This document shows positions 9,612 through 19,482 of a DNA stretch of 48,045 nucleotides, one piece after another (position 1 is the stretch's first letter; the number at the start of each line of letters is the position of its first letter). Both the position numbers and the translations under genes were made by a program. Under the pieces are notes generated by a model, which worked only from the letters and a program-made list of their open reading frames with translations, was not told the DNA's origin and ran no database searches. The stretch comes from a virus (taxonomy: Duplodnaviria > Caudoviricetes), in the IMG/VR virus record IMGVR_UViG_3300020045_001019, positions 1-48,045 of that record; one strand, given 5' to 3'.

Positions 9612-10235
9612 ATGGCCGTGCAACATGTTGACATTCCAGACGCAGAAATCCATGAACCAAAGGGCATTGTTAGCGCAGTAAATCGTTCTATTTATGTAGC
9701 TGATGGTATTGGGTCAGGTGACTGGAGAAAGCTTACAGAGGCTGATGTAGATTATTCTGTATACACTGATAACAAGTTTGGTTGGCACCATCGTAAAGAT
9801 ACGCAATATGTATCAGGGGCACCTCTTGCAATTGCATCAGGAGTAAAGACAGCTTTGCCAAATAATGGACTCCATCCTCTTACTAATGTAACCCGTCCAC
9901 TAGGGATTGTATATACGAGTACATATTTTACACCTAGTTCTCTTAACGCTTCTTATATTATCCGTATCAATGCTAAAATTACAGCCGCAGCAGTGGCTGG
10001 CACCCCTTATGTAATTAAAGTTACGATGGAAGGTGGCGCAGTTCCTCTTGCTTTTGATACTCAAGATATGTTCTTGAAAGGTGGTGGATATGTAAATGAC
10101 ATGTGTCTTACTTTCATGTTCTATACAGGAGCCCTTAATACTAACCAACCTGTTAGAATTCAGTTTACACCAGATACAAATGTTTCAGTGTATGACATTG
10201 GATATATGATTCAGCGAACATATTACGAGGGTTGA
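9612..10235 (+). CDS. Virion structural protein
   Basis: ATG at 9612 after SD AAGGA (the track start lies within the terminator); N-terminal EIHEPKGI...YVADGIGSGDW motif. Confidence 0.7.
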   Translation: MAVQHVDIPDAEIHEPKGIVSAVNRSIYVADGIGSGDWRKLTEADVDYSVYTDNKFGWHHRKDTQYVSGAPLAIASGVKTALPNNGLHPLTNVTRPLGIVYTSTYFTPSSLNASYIIRINAKITAAAVAGTPYVIKVTMEGGAVPLAFDTQDMFLKGGGYVNDMCLTFMFYTGALNTNQPVRIQFTPDTNVSVYDIGYMIQRTYYEG

Positions 10236-10236
10236 G

Positions 10237-10986
10237 ATGAAGAAAACCCTTTTTGAAATTGTAGACTACATACTTAATGAAATGGATGCAGATCAAGTAA
10301 ATAGTATTACTGATACTGTGGAATCTTCTCAAGTAGCTCAGATTGTTCGTTCTTGCTACGAAGAGATGATGAGCAATCGTAACTGGCCGCATCTTCGTAA
10401 GCTTATACAACTAGAATCTCTGGGGGATGTTGATAAGCCTAATTATCTAAAAGCCCCCGATCTTCTTAAAGAGATGGTGTTCTTTAAGTATGATGTACAG
10501 AAACTTGGTGCAACCCTTCCTGTATTTGATGATATTAAGTTCAAATATCCAGATGAGTTTCTTAATCTTACAGCTAAGCGCACAGGTGATAATGTACAGC
10601 AAGTGGTGGATTTCAGTGGATCAACTCTTTTAATCTATAATGATCGTGCTCCTCAATACTGGACATCTTTTGATGACAAGCATATTGTTACAGATAGTTA
10701 TGACAACGAAGTAGATGACACACTGAAGAAGTCCAAGACACAAGCTCTTGCTTTTATGTTTCCTTCATGGAGTCACCTAGATAATTTTGTTCCTGATCTT
10801 CCAGCAGAAGCATTCTCAGCTCTCATTGAAGAAGCTAAAAGCACAGCATTCTTGACACTTAAGCAGATGGCTAATCAGAAAGCTGAACAGAAAGCTGGCA
10901 GACAAAACAGATGGCTGTCTCGTAAAGCTTGGGAATTGAGTGGTGGTGTGAGGTATCAAGATTATGGTCGTAAAGGGCGTAAATGA
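10237..10986 (+). CDS. Tail tubular protein A / adaptor
   Basis: N-terminus TLFEIVDYILNEMDADQVNSI; position and size match a T7 gp11-type adaptor. Confidence 0.72.
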   Translation: MKKTLFEIVDYILNEMDADQVNSITDTVESSQVAQIVRSCYEEMMSNRNWPHLRKLIQLESLGDVDKPNYLKAPDLLKEMVFFKYDVQKLGATLPVFDDIKFKYPDEFLNLTAKRTGDNVQQVVDFSGSTLLIYNDRAPQYWTSFDDKHIVTDSYDNEVDDTLKKSKTQALAFMFPSWSHLDNFVPDLPAEAFSALIEEAKSTAFLTLKQMANQKAEQKAGRQNRWLSRKAWELSGGVRYQDYGRKGRK

Positions 10987-11198
10987 GATTTGAACACAAA
11001 GGTTATTACGTAACCCCTCATCCTCTTTGTCCTAGCTGTTATGTTATTTCTACAGAAGGACGTGGTGGTAAAATCCCTAAAGTGATGGAAGGTTTGTTTA
11101 ATACCCGAACTATTGCTAACAATGTAATTGATTTGTATGTAGATATTCCCAAAGAGGAACCTGTAAATGACAAAAAAATCCTCAAGAGGGGAGTTTAA
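10983..11198 (+). CDS. Hypothetical protein
   Basis: 71-aa ORF overlapping both neighbours. Confidence 0.6.
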   Translation: MRFEHKGYYVTPHPLCPSCYVISTEGRGGKIPKVMEGLFNTRTIANNVIDLYVDIPKEEPVNDKKILKRGV

Positions 11199-13428
11199 TA
11201 GCTTCGTAAAAGGTCTTGTTACTGAAGCAAGTGTACTTAACTTCCCTGAACAAGCTGCAAGTGATATTAATAACTTTCAATTAAATAGAGACGGCTCTCT
11301 TAATAGACGTCCTGGGTTTAGTTTTGAAAACGGATTTGAATATATTGAAACAGGTCTAACACAAGATCAGCTTGATAATGGCTTTTTTTCATCTTACGTG
11401 TGGGAAGACCCTGCTGGTCAATCTGGCGAGAAATATCTTGTAATTCAAGCACGGGATATAATTAAGTTTTATAATTTAAATAGTGATATTGTCTCATTAG
11501 ATGGATTTCTTGGAAGTGTTCCTTTTACCGCAGGTAATAAAAAGCTTAATAAAAGCTCGTATGCATCTGTTGATGGTAAGTTAGTAATTGCTACAGGTGA
11601 TTATGTTGTTTATCTGGTAGAATATAATTCTACATCACTTTCTTTTTCTATCTCTACTTTCTCTCTTAAAACAAGAGATATTTGGGGTGTATCTGATCCA
11701 GATACAGACAATGATCCTTTACTCCGACCTACTACACACAACGTAAATCATATATATAACTTATATAATCAAGGATGGAATGTAGAACGTAAAGTCTCAG
11801 GAGGAGCATTTAAAGATGCTTCTGATTTTATATTTACTTCAGGATTATCTAAATACCCTTCTGACTCTGATACGGTATGGTCAGGGATCATCACTATACC
11901 TGATGGATCAACTCCTCAAGAAGTTTTTACACTAGATGCATTCAGGGAGAATACAGGGACTACTTCCTCTACCTCTCGTGGTTCTTTTATTATTGATCTC
12001 CTTAAAAGGAGTGAGGCAAGACAATTAGCAGTAGAAGCTAACTATAGTAAATATCCATCAATGCTTCTTACAACTTTTACAGCGCCTATAGATTATACAG
12101 CTAAGGGATCTTCAGTTGTAAGTGAATATGCTGGTCGTATCTGTTATGCAGGATTTGGTCCTACATACCAAGGTGATGCTAGAAGCCCTGATCTCTCCTC
12201 TTATATTGCATTTAGTAGACTTATCCGTAATAAGGATGATTTTAGTAAGTGTTACCAAGAAGGTGATCCAACCTCTCGTGATGCCAGCGATATTGTGGAT
12301 ACAGACGGTGGTCTTATTCGTATTGCAGGGTGTTCTACTATCCGTAAAATGATTCCACAAGGGTCAAACTTAATTGTATTTGCAGATAATGGAATCTGGG
12401 CAGTACAAGGTGGTTCTGATTACGGATTCACTGCTACTAACTATAAAGTAGATAAGATTTCTGACTTTGGTATTGTCAGTGCAGATTCAGCAATCACAGA
12501 TGGATCAAAAGCATATTATTGGGCAGCAGATGGAATTTATGCTATTGGTAAGAGTGAGATTGGAGATCTAGGTCACCAAAACATTTCAGACGTAACCATA
12601 GGAACATACTATAGAGAGATACAGAATCTTGATAAAGTGGTTGCTAAGGGTGTGTACGACAAGGTTTCTAAGAATCTTCGTTGGATTTATCCAGAAACAA
12701 ATGTAACTAGAGAGTTAGTTTTTAGTCTTGACCTGGGTGCTTACTATATCAATACAGTAGAGAATTTAGATAATACATCTATTTCTTTTATTTTCAATAG
12801 TTCACCTTTTAGTGCTGAAGATACAGTAGATCAAGTGTTAGTAGGGGTGGATGAGGTTTATTCAGAAACCGATCAAGTATTTATTAATGTACAAGAGATT
12901 TCTAATAGCCTCCAGACAGTTAAGTACCTATCAACCATTACAATTGCAGGTGAAGTTAAACTTGCCATTGGTTGGTATAAAGACTCTTCATTTAAAGACT
13001 GGAAAAGTGTAAATAATGTTGGAGTAGATGCTAAAGCATATCTTACAACAGGATCAATTACAGCAGGTGATTCTTCTATCCATAAGCAAACCCCTTTATT
13101 GGTTATGCATATGAAAAGAACAGAGAATGAGGTTGATGTTAACTATAACCTAATGAATCAATCAGGGTGTCTTGTTCGTACAAGCTGGGATTTTGCTTCA
13201 AGCTCTGTCTCAGGTAAAATTAGTCCTCTGTTCCAAGCCTATAGCTATCGTAGACACATTGTACCTTTTGGTGTAGGTGCATTTGATAATGGGTATTCTG
13301 TTGTCACCACTCGTAATAAACTACGAGGTCGAGGAAGGGCTCTTTCTATTTATATGGAATCTGAACCTTCTAAGGATTGTAAAATCATTGGATGGAACTT
13401 AAGCATAAATGGAAACACAGTCTCATAG
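11167..13428 (+). CDS. Tail tubular protein B / nozzle
   Basis: 753 aa, beta-rich; N-terminal FVKGLVTE...NFQLNRDGSLNRRPG typical of gp12-like nozzles. Confidence 0.75.
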   Translation: MTKKSSRGEFNSFVKGLVTEASVLNFPEQAASDINNFQLNRDGSLNRRPGFSFENGFEYIETGLTQDQLDNGFFSSYVWEDPAGQSGEKYLVIQARDIIKFYNLNSDIVSLDGFLGSVPFTAGNKKLNKSSYASVDGKLVIATGDYVVYLVEYNSTSLSFSISTFSLKTRDIWGVSDPDTDNDPLLRPTTHNVNHIYNLYNQGWNVERKVSGGAFKDASDFIFTSGLSKYPSDSDTVWSGIITIPDGSTPQEVFTLDAFRENTGTTSSTSRGSFIIDLLKRSEARQLAVEANYSKYPSMLLTTFTAPIDYTAKGSSVVSEYAGRICYAGFGPTYQGDARSPDLSSYIAFSRLIRNKDDFSKCYQEGDPTSRDASDIVDTDGGLIRIAGCSTIRKMIPQGSNLIVFADNGIWAVQGGSDYGFTATNYKVDKISDFGIVSADSAITDGSKAYYWAADGIYAIGKSEIGDLGHQNISDVTIGTYYREIQNLDKVVAKGVYDKVSKNLRWIYPETNVTRELVFSLDLGAYYINTVENLDNTSISFIFNSSPFSAEDTVDQVLVGVDEVYSETDQVFINVQEISNSLQTVKYLSTITIAGEVKLAIGWYKDSSFKDWKSVNNVGVDAKAYLTTGSITAGDSSIHKQTPLLVMHMKRTENEVDVNYNLMNQSGCLVRTSWDFASSSVSGKISPLFQAYSYRRHIVPFGVGAFDNGYSVVTTRNKLRGRGRALSIYMESEPSKDCKIIGWNLSINGNTVS

Positions 13429-13870
13429 GTATGAAGTAAAAGCTGTTGATGAAAATAGTATTACGTGGTTTGTAGAAGTAGCATCTATTAATATGTTGCA
13501 AAACGAGCTTTGTAGACCAGAGCTTATTTGCATTCCTACTCTCTACTCCTTAGCCAACAGAGGAATGGAGAGTGGTACAGCTTTCGTAGTGTACTTAAAC
13601 GACAAGCCTGTTGGAGCTATAGGGGCTTTGATTGTACCTAATTTATTTAATCCTTTAATTACTACACTTGCTGAGGTATTTTGGTACATACTCCCTGAAG
13701 CAAGAAATACAAGAGCAGGCTTCTTACTCTTAAAGAGACTTGAAGAAAGAGCTAAAGAAGTTGCTGATGAGCTTACTCTTTCCCTTCTTGCTGCTGGTGA
13801 TGTTAATATTGATACGTTAGAGAAACGTGGGTTTTATTTTGAAGAACTCGGTTTCAGAAAGAAATTATAA
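13409..13870 (+). CDS. GNAT-fold protein in the tail module
   Basis: EVFWYILPEARNTRAGFLLL (motif A-like) and LEKRGF; T7 gp13-like position. Confidence 0.7.
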   Translation: METQSHRYEVKAVDENSITWFVEVASINMLQNELCRPELICIPTLYSLANRGMESGTAFVVYLNDKPVGAIGALIVPNLFNPLITTLAEVFWYILPEARNTRAGFLLLKRLEERAKEVADELTLSLLAAGDVNIDTLEKRGFYFEELGFRKKL

Positions 13871-14376
13871 TGGCAGCTATATCAACAATAATTGCAGCAG
13901 CGGCACTCACTGCTACTGTCTACTCAGTAACAGAGCAAAAGAAGCAAGCAGGTAAACAGGCTGATGCACAGAATAAGATACGTAATGAAGACATTGCTAG
14001 TAATAAAGCTAAACAAATGGCTGAACGTAGGCAACAGATTCGTGAAGAGCGAATTAAAAGGTCACGAGTATTAGCTGCTTCTGAAGCATCTGGTACAGTT
14101 GGTAGCTCTGGTGAAGCTGGGGCAATTGGTAGCATGAATACACAGCTTGGGTCAAACGTTGGAACAAATCAAAGCATGATTCAGTCAGGGCAACGGGTAA
14201 GTGTATTTGCTCAAGATGCTGCAAGTGCTCAGTTGGCGGGACAACAAGCTGGTATGTTTGGTCAACTAGTTAATGCAGCAGCTCCTGTGGCTGGGAGTAT
14301 TTTTAGCACAAGTCCTAGTACATCCTCTGGTAGTGTATTTGACGCAAGCGCAGAACAGAAACGTCTACAAGGATAA
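13870..14376 (+). CDS. Internal virion (ejection) protein, gp14-like
   Basis: Hydrophobic Ala-rich N-terminus, A/Q/G/S-rich; first of the ejection cluster. Confidence 0.65.
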   Translation: MAAISTIIAAAALTATVYSVTEQKKQAGKQADAQNKIRNEDIASNKAKQMAERRQQIREERIKRSRVLAASEASGTVGSSGEAGAIGSMNTQLGSNVGTNQSMIQSGQRVSVFAQDAASAQLAGQQAGMFGQLVNAAAPVAGSIFSTSPSTSSGSVFDASAEQKRLQG

Positions 14377-14378
14377 AT

Positions 14379-17300
14379 ATGAACGAATTGGAAAACCTGA
14401 TGGGTGCTGAAACAGCTCCTTTGGATTTGAGTGAGTTGGTAAGTAAACCTAACTATTCACTACAACTTCCTTTAGCTGCTGTTCGTAATAGAGCATCAAC
14501 CCTCTCTCTTTTCTCTAACGACTCAACAGAGGCTGTGGATAAATTTCAACTGATGATGTCAGAAGGAACGAGTGGATCGTTTGACTATACTAATCATCAG
14601 GAAAACCAACTTAGTGAAAAGATTAGTGCTGAAGATAGGGCAACCTACTTGAAGATGTTAGGTGATCCTTCTGTAGGATTTGAACAGAAGCAGCAAATTA
14701 TTCAATCAATGAAACTAGGTCCTGTTAAAACAGACCCTACTTCAGGACTTGCTAATGAGCTTCTTATCCAGCCTAGTAAAGGAGAGTCTCCTGAGAATGA
14801 AAATGCTCGTGTTAGTGTGGCTGATGCTATTGGAGAAGTTTACAAAGCCAATCAAACTATCCAAGGATTGGTTAATTCTCATGCTGCCAGTTTAGACAGT
14901 TCCACTCCCGGAGCTATTCTGGATATGACAGAGCTTTGGGTTGCTCCTTTTGGTAACAGCATGGCTGTCTCAACACTTGCAGGAGGGATTGAACAGAACG
15001 CTTCTCTTTGGAAACGAGTAAAGAGCTTCTTCCTCCCAGGTACTGAAATTGCAGATGTACGTAAAGAACTGGAAAACCTTCCTCCTCAGGAACGTGTAGC
15101 ATTTGCTCAGTCAATTATCAGTACTATATCTGGTAACCCTAACTTCGTATTTGCTGGTAAGAATCAGTTTGCAGAGTATGAAAAGGCTGTACAGATTTTT
15201 AGGGAAGGTGGTTACTCTAGTATAGAAGAGTTTATTGATAATACTTCTGTGCTACTTGATGTTATTGGGCTAGGAGCTGCTGTGCGAGGCTTCACAAAGG
15301 GCTTTAAAGGGGTTGTAGCAGCTTCTCAGACACCTACTGGTATTAGTGTACCTCCTGCTGGAAAAACAGCTCCTACGGTCTCTAAAGAGGTTGTCACTGA
15401 AGCTCCTTCTCCTACAGATTTTAAATACACTATTCGTGAAAAGACAACAGAAGAAGTTGTATCTGATGTAAGTGGATATAATGCTAAATCTGTCAATAAG
15501 CTTGAAGCTGAACGAGCAACTCTTATGGAAGACCTCGGTAAGGCTCTTGAGCCAGGGGATGTTCGTAATCTGGAAACTGAACGTAAGGCTATTGAACTTC
15601 GTCGTATTACAGATACTAATACTCTTGCTAAAGACATTCAAGGCTCTCTTGGAATCACTTCTAAAGAAGCTAAGAAAAGAGCTGTTAAGCAAGCTGAAGA
15701 AGCTAATGCTGATGTAGAAGCTTCTCTCCAACGTATTGACAACCAACTGGAAGGTAATAAGCTTGCAGCTAAAGCCAATCAGAAGATTGCAGATATTGAT
15801 AAGGATTTGGAAGTTCTTCGTAAACAAGTAACTGTTCCTAGTCGTCTTACTCCTATTGCAGATATTATCAAACGCCTAGAGGTCAATGGTGTTGTTCGTA
15901 TTGAACACCCTGTATCTCCTCACGCTACAGCTAAACAAGTTAATCCTGAGAAAGCAAGGGAGTTGTTTGAAACTATTGTCAAATCAGATTCAGACGAAGT
16001 AGCTCAAGCTTTGACAGGCGTTAAGCGTGAACAAGCTATTGTTAATGATGCCTATCCACAAGCTGTTACAAGCACTGGTCATGTTGTAGCACAACCTACA
16101 GATATTCAGCGTAACCTTCGTATCAAGGACATGATTCCAGAGAAGACCAAAGACTACATCTGGTCTACTGGCCGTGTAGATATTACTGATGCTGAACGAG
16201 TAGCTGCTAGGGCACACGTTGTACGTAAGTTTGAAGATGCTGAAGGTATTACGCTTGAGCCATCTATGAGCAGCTTTACTGAGGACGGTGGACGTATCAA
16301 GATTGGAGCAATGTATGGATTGCCTGAAGGAGCCTTTGCTAATGGTGTAGATGCTATTAACCAAGCTAAAGCAGCTCTTCGTCACATGAATCTTACGGAT
16401 GACGAACTTATCTTGATGAAACGAGAAGGACGAGATTACGTACCAGTTAGTATTGAAGAAGGGAATACTCCCGGAAGTTATTACGTTAAAGTAGAGACTT
16501 CTCACGAAATTGATCCTACTGACATTACTAACTTTGATAAGTTTGGTGTACGGTTTAACTTCTTTGATAGAATTGCACAGTCAATCAGCGGTACAGCAGG
16601 TAGCTTACAAAGGCACATCATGGATGCTGCTTCAATGCTTGATAAACGTCTGACAGGAGCTGCTTCAACAGCTACAGACAGAGGTTCTAAACTCGAACAG
16701 TATTTGCTTGAAGAAGCAAGTAAGTATTCTGATAAGTATAGTCACCTTGATAACGTCGAGAAGGGTGCTGTAGACAAGTATATCCTTGAAGCTAATAAGA
16801 ACGAATGGGCTCTTGATGTTGTAGATTTAGTAGCTCGTGGGTTTAATAATAAACAGATTGATGCTCTTGTATCTTGGAGAGAGTTCTGGGATGGTCATTA
16901 TTATCTAGAAAATCTTGATTTAGTACGTACATTACGTGTACAGAAATACCAGAAACTAGATACATCTAACACTTCTGTCTTTGCTCGTCCTGTAACTAAG
17001 AACATGAGTAATAACTACGTGTACGATCCAGAGACAGATATGGTGCTGTCCTTAACTAAACAAGGTATGGATGACCTGTATGACAACGGAGGCACCGTAG
17101 CTAAGCTACGTCGTCCTTCAGAGTTTAATGGAGAAACTATAGAATACATTGCTGTTAAGAATAATGCTAATTCTTACCTAAAAGATATTAGAGACCATGA
17201 CATGGCTCTTAATTATCGAGATGGCTATTATAACATTCAATACTCAGCTCCTCGCTTTGTAGATGAGATTATTGTTGATAAGAGTGGAAAAGAGATTCGT

Positions 17301-19481
17301 AGAGCAGTTGCTGTAGCAGGGGACACTCCTGAAGCACAGCGGTTTGCTTCTCGTATGTCTACTAATTCACTCAACGGTGAACGATATGAAGTCAGGGCTG
17401 ATGATCGTGCTTTACGTACAGGATCAGACGATTGGTTTGATGTTAACTCAGCTAAGGGTCGTATTGCTCAAAGGAATCGTGGGAAGCTTCTAGAAGACGG
17501 GTCAGGTATGAATCATCTTGGTGATGGTTCCTACATTGTCGATCCTGTCTCTTCTGCCATCCATGCAGCTAAGAGTATTGCAGGGCGTACAGTTAACCGT
17601 CCTATGCTTGAAACAGCTAAGGCTCGGTTTGTAAGCCAGTATGGTGATTTCTTGACAGCTAAAGAAGGTATTAAACACTTTCCTTCATCTGTTGATGAAA
17701 TTGGTGCTAAGGGTATGCAGTTTACTAAAGATGTAGCAGATGCCCGTACTACTTTTGAATATATTCGTTATTTAGAGAATGGATATATTAACAGTGTTGA
17801 CAACTTCTTTAAAGCAATGATGCACACTCTCTCAGGGGCTGTAGGTTCCTTAGGAGCTAAGCATAATATTAAAGGAGCTGCTGCTGTTGAACGAGGTGCT
17901 GAATATATCTCTTCTATTAACCCAATGGGTTTAGGTAAGAACGGTGTGTTTCACGCATACATTGGTACTAATTTCCTTCGTCAACTAATTGTACAACCTC
18001 ATCAAGTTGTTCGTACTTGGTTCTATAACCCTGTAGGGGCTCTTAGTGGATCAACTACTAAATACAGTATGGAGTACGTTGCTGGCTTGCTGGATATTGG
18101 AAGGAAAACTGATTTCTTTAAGTTTGTAGATGAGAGTGGTGTAGCTTCAGCCATTGATAAACAAAACTTGGTAAGAGGAAGTCTTACAGATGCTGCTGAT
18201 AATAGCAACAAAGTTGTTAAAGCAGTAGGTAAAGTTCTTAACGTACCTCGTAGGATTGGCTTTGATACAGGCGAACACGCTAATATGGTTGGTCACATGG
18301 CTTCTGTTTACGACAGATATAAAAGAGCTGGTAAGGATTTGTCTAATAAAGTTGTACGAGAAGAAGCCCATGCAGAAGCTCGTGCCCTAAGCTATGACAT
18401 GAACTTTGCTGGTGACATGCCTTATAACCAAAACTTTGCTGGATTGGTTATGCAGTTTATGCAAGTTCCACACAAAGCACTTCTTCAACTAACGAATAAT
18501 AGAATTCCTTTCAAACAACGTATGCAGCTTCTTGCTGGAGACTTAGTGTTCTGGGGACCTCCTACGTTACTAGTCAGTGAACTTCTTGGTGGAGATATTC
18601 TACCTGAAGATAAGGAAACACGGGAAGCTGTTGTATATGGTATGGAGAGTTTGATTCTTAATCAGATGTTTCGTAACATGACAAGAGATGAAGACACTAA
18701 CATTGACTTTACTTCGTTGGCTCCTTACGATATGACAGGTTGGGGTGAGATGTTTAAAGCTGTTCTCGAAGAAGGAACGCTTGGCATTATCTCTAATAGT
18801 CCAGCAGGTCAGTTGTACTCTCCAGATGGGAAAGTCTCTAAGTTTGTTCAAAGCACTCTTCGTTTCTTTGGTATGCAGGAAGATATTGAGGAAACCCCTG
18901 AGCAATTCCAAAGCGTTGTTACAGAGCTTCTGAGTATCTCTTCTGGATTCTCTAGTGGGATGAAATCCTATTTGGCTCTTAAGACAGGTGAACGGTATGA
19001 TAAGTATGGTCAAGAAATTGATACATCTACTAATCGTGCAGAGGCTGTTCTAGAGGCTTTCGGGTTTACTGATGCTACACGTAGGGATTTATTTTTAGCT
19101 TCTCGTAAAGCTCGCAAGAACATTAAAGAGCATACGGACGAAGTTACTAATGATGTTAAGTTTATCTTGGATCACGTAACTAAGCGATTAGAAGGTGGTA
19201 ATGCTGATGAGCGTACAATTGAAACATTGAAACGTACGACAGCATATGCACTTTCTAAGTATAAGCTTGATCCAGAAGCACAATCCATTTTTCAGAAACA
19301 ACTTACTTTACGTATGCGCAATCCTAATGATGGTCTTTTGTATTCTGTTATGAAAGCAAGTGGACTTCCCACAGGAGATAGTATTAAAGACTCTATTCGT
19401 TTATCTTCAGCAACTGAGGAGCAGAAACAACAACTCATTCAGCGAATTGAAGATATTGGAAAACTAAGACAAGGTGAATAA
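14379..19481 (+). CDS. Large internal virion (ejection) protein, 1700 aa
   Basis: Size, position and helical composition; no catalytic motif recognised. Confidence 0.65.
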   Translation: MNELENLMGAETAPLDLSELVSKPNYSLQLPLAAVRNRASTLSLFSNDSTEAVDKFQLMMSEGTSGSFDYTNHQENQLSEKISAEDRATYLKMLGDPSVGFEQKQQIIQSMKLGPVKTDPTSGLANELLIQPSKGESPENENARVSVADAIGEVYKANQTIQGLVNSHAASLDSSTPGAILDMTELWVAPFGNSMAVSTLAGGIEQNASLWKRVKSFFLPGTEIADVRKELENLPPQERVAFAQSIISTISGNPNFVFAGKNQFAEYEKAVQIFREGGYSSIEEFIDNTSVLLDVIGLGAAVRGFTKGFKGVVAASQTPTGISVPPAGKTAPTVSKEVVTEAPSPTDFKYTIREKTTEEVVSDVSGYNAKSVNKLEAERATLMEDLGKALEPGDVRNLETERKAIELRRITDTNTLAKDIQGSLGITSKEAKKRAVKQAEEANADVEASLQRIDNQLEGNKLAAKANQKIADIDKDLEVLRKQVTVPSRLTPIADIIKRLEVNGVVRIEHPVSPHATAKQVNPEKARELFETIVKSDSDEVAQALTGVKREQAIVNDAYPQAVTSTGHVVAQPTDIQRNLRIKDMIPEKTKDYIWSTGRVDITDAERVAARAHVVRKFEDAEGITLEPSMSSFTEDGGRIKIGAMYGLPEGAFANGVDAINQAKAALRHMNLTDDELILMKREGRDYVPVSIEEGNTPGSYYVKVETSHEIDPTDITNFDKFGVRFNFFDRIAQSISGTAGSLQRHIMDAASMLDKRLTGAASTATDRGSKLEQYLLEEASKYSDKYSHLDNVEKGAVDKYILEANKNEWALDVVDLVARGFNNKQIDALVSWREFWDGHYYLENLDLVRTLRVQKYQKLDTSNTSVFARPVTKNMSNNYVYDPETDMVLSLTKQGMDDLYDNGGTVAKLRRPSEFNGETIEYIAVKNNANSYLKDIRDHDMALNYRDGYYNIQYSAPRFVDEIIVDKSGKEIRRAVAVAGDTPEAQRFASRMSTNSLNGERYEVRADDRALRTGSDDWFDVNSAKGRIAQRNRGKLLEDGSGMNHLGDGSYIVDPVSSAIHAAKSIAGRTVNRPMLETAKARFVSQYGDFLTAKEGIKHFPSSVDEIGAKGMQFTKDVADARTTFEYIRYLENGYINSVDNFFKAMMHTLSGAVGSLGAKHNIKGAAAVERGAEYISSINPMGLGKNGVFHAYIGTNFLRQLIVQPHQVVRTWFYNPVGALSGSTTKYSMEYVAGLLDIGRKTDFFKFVDESGVASAIDKQNLVRGSLTDAADNSNKVVKAVGKVLNVPRRIGFDTGEHANMVGHMASVYDRYKRAGKDLSNKVVREEAHAEARALSYDMNFAGDMPYNQNFAGLVMQFMQVPHKALLQLTNNRIPFKQRMQLLAGDLVFWGPPTLLVSELLGGDILPEDKETREAVVYGMESLILNQMFRNMTRDEDTNIDFTSLAPYDMTGWGEMFKAVLEEGTLGIISNSPAGQLYSPDGKVSKFVQSTLRFFGMQEDIEETPEQFQSVVTELLSISSGFSSGMKSYLALKTGERYDKYGQEIDTSTNRAEAVLEAFGFTDATRRDLFLASRKARKNIKEHTDEVTNDVKFILDHVTKRLEGGNADERTIETLKRTTAYALSKYKLDPEAQSIFQKQLTLRMRNPNDGLLYSVMKASGLPTGDSIKDSIRLSSATEEQKQQLIQRIEDIGKLRQGE

Positions 19482-19482
19482 A

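Noticed and set aside
14379-19481. Possible virion RNA polymerase (N4-like)
   Set aside because: About half the size of N4 vRNAP and no recognisable polymerase motifs; position fits an ejection protein.
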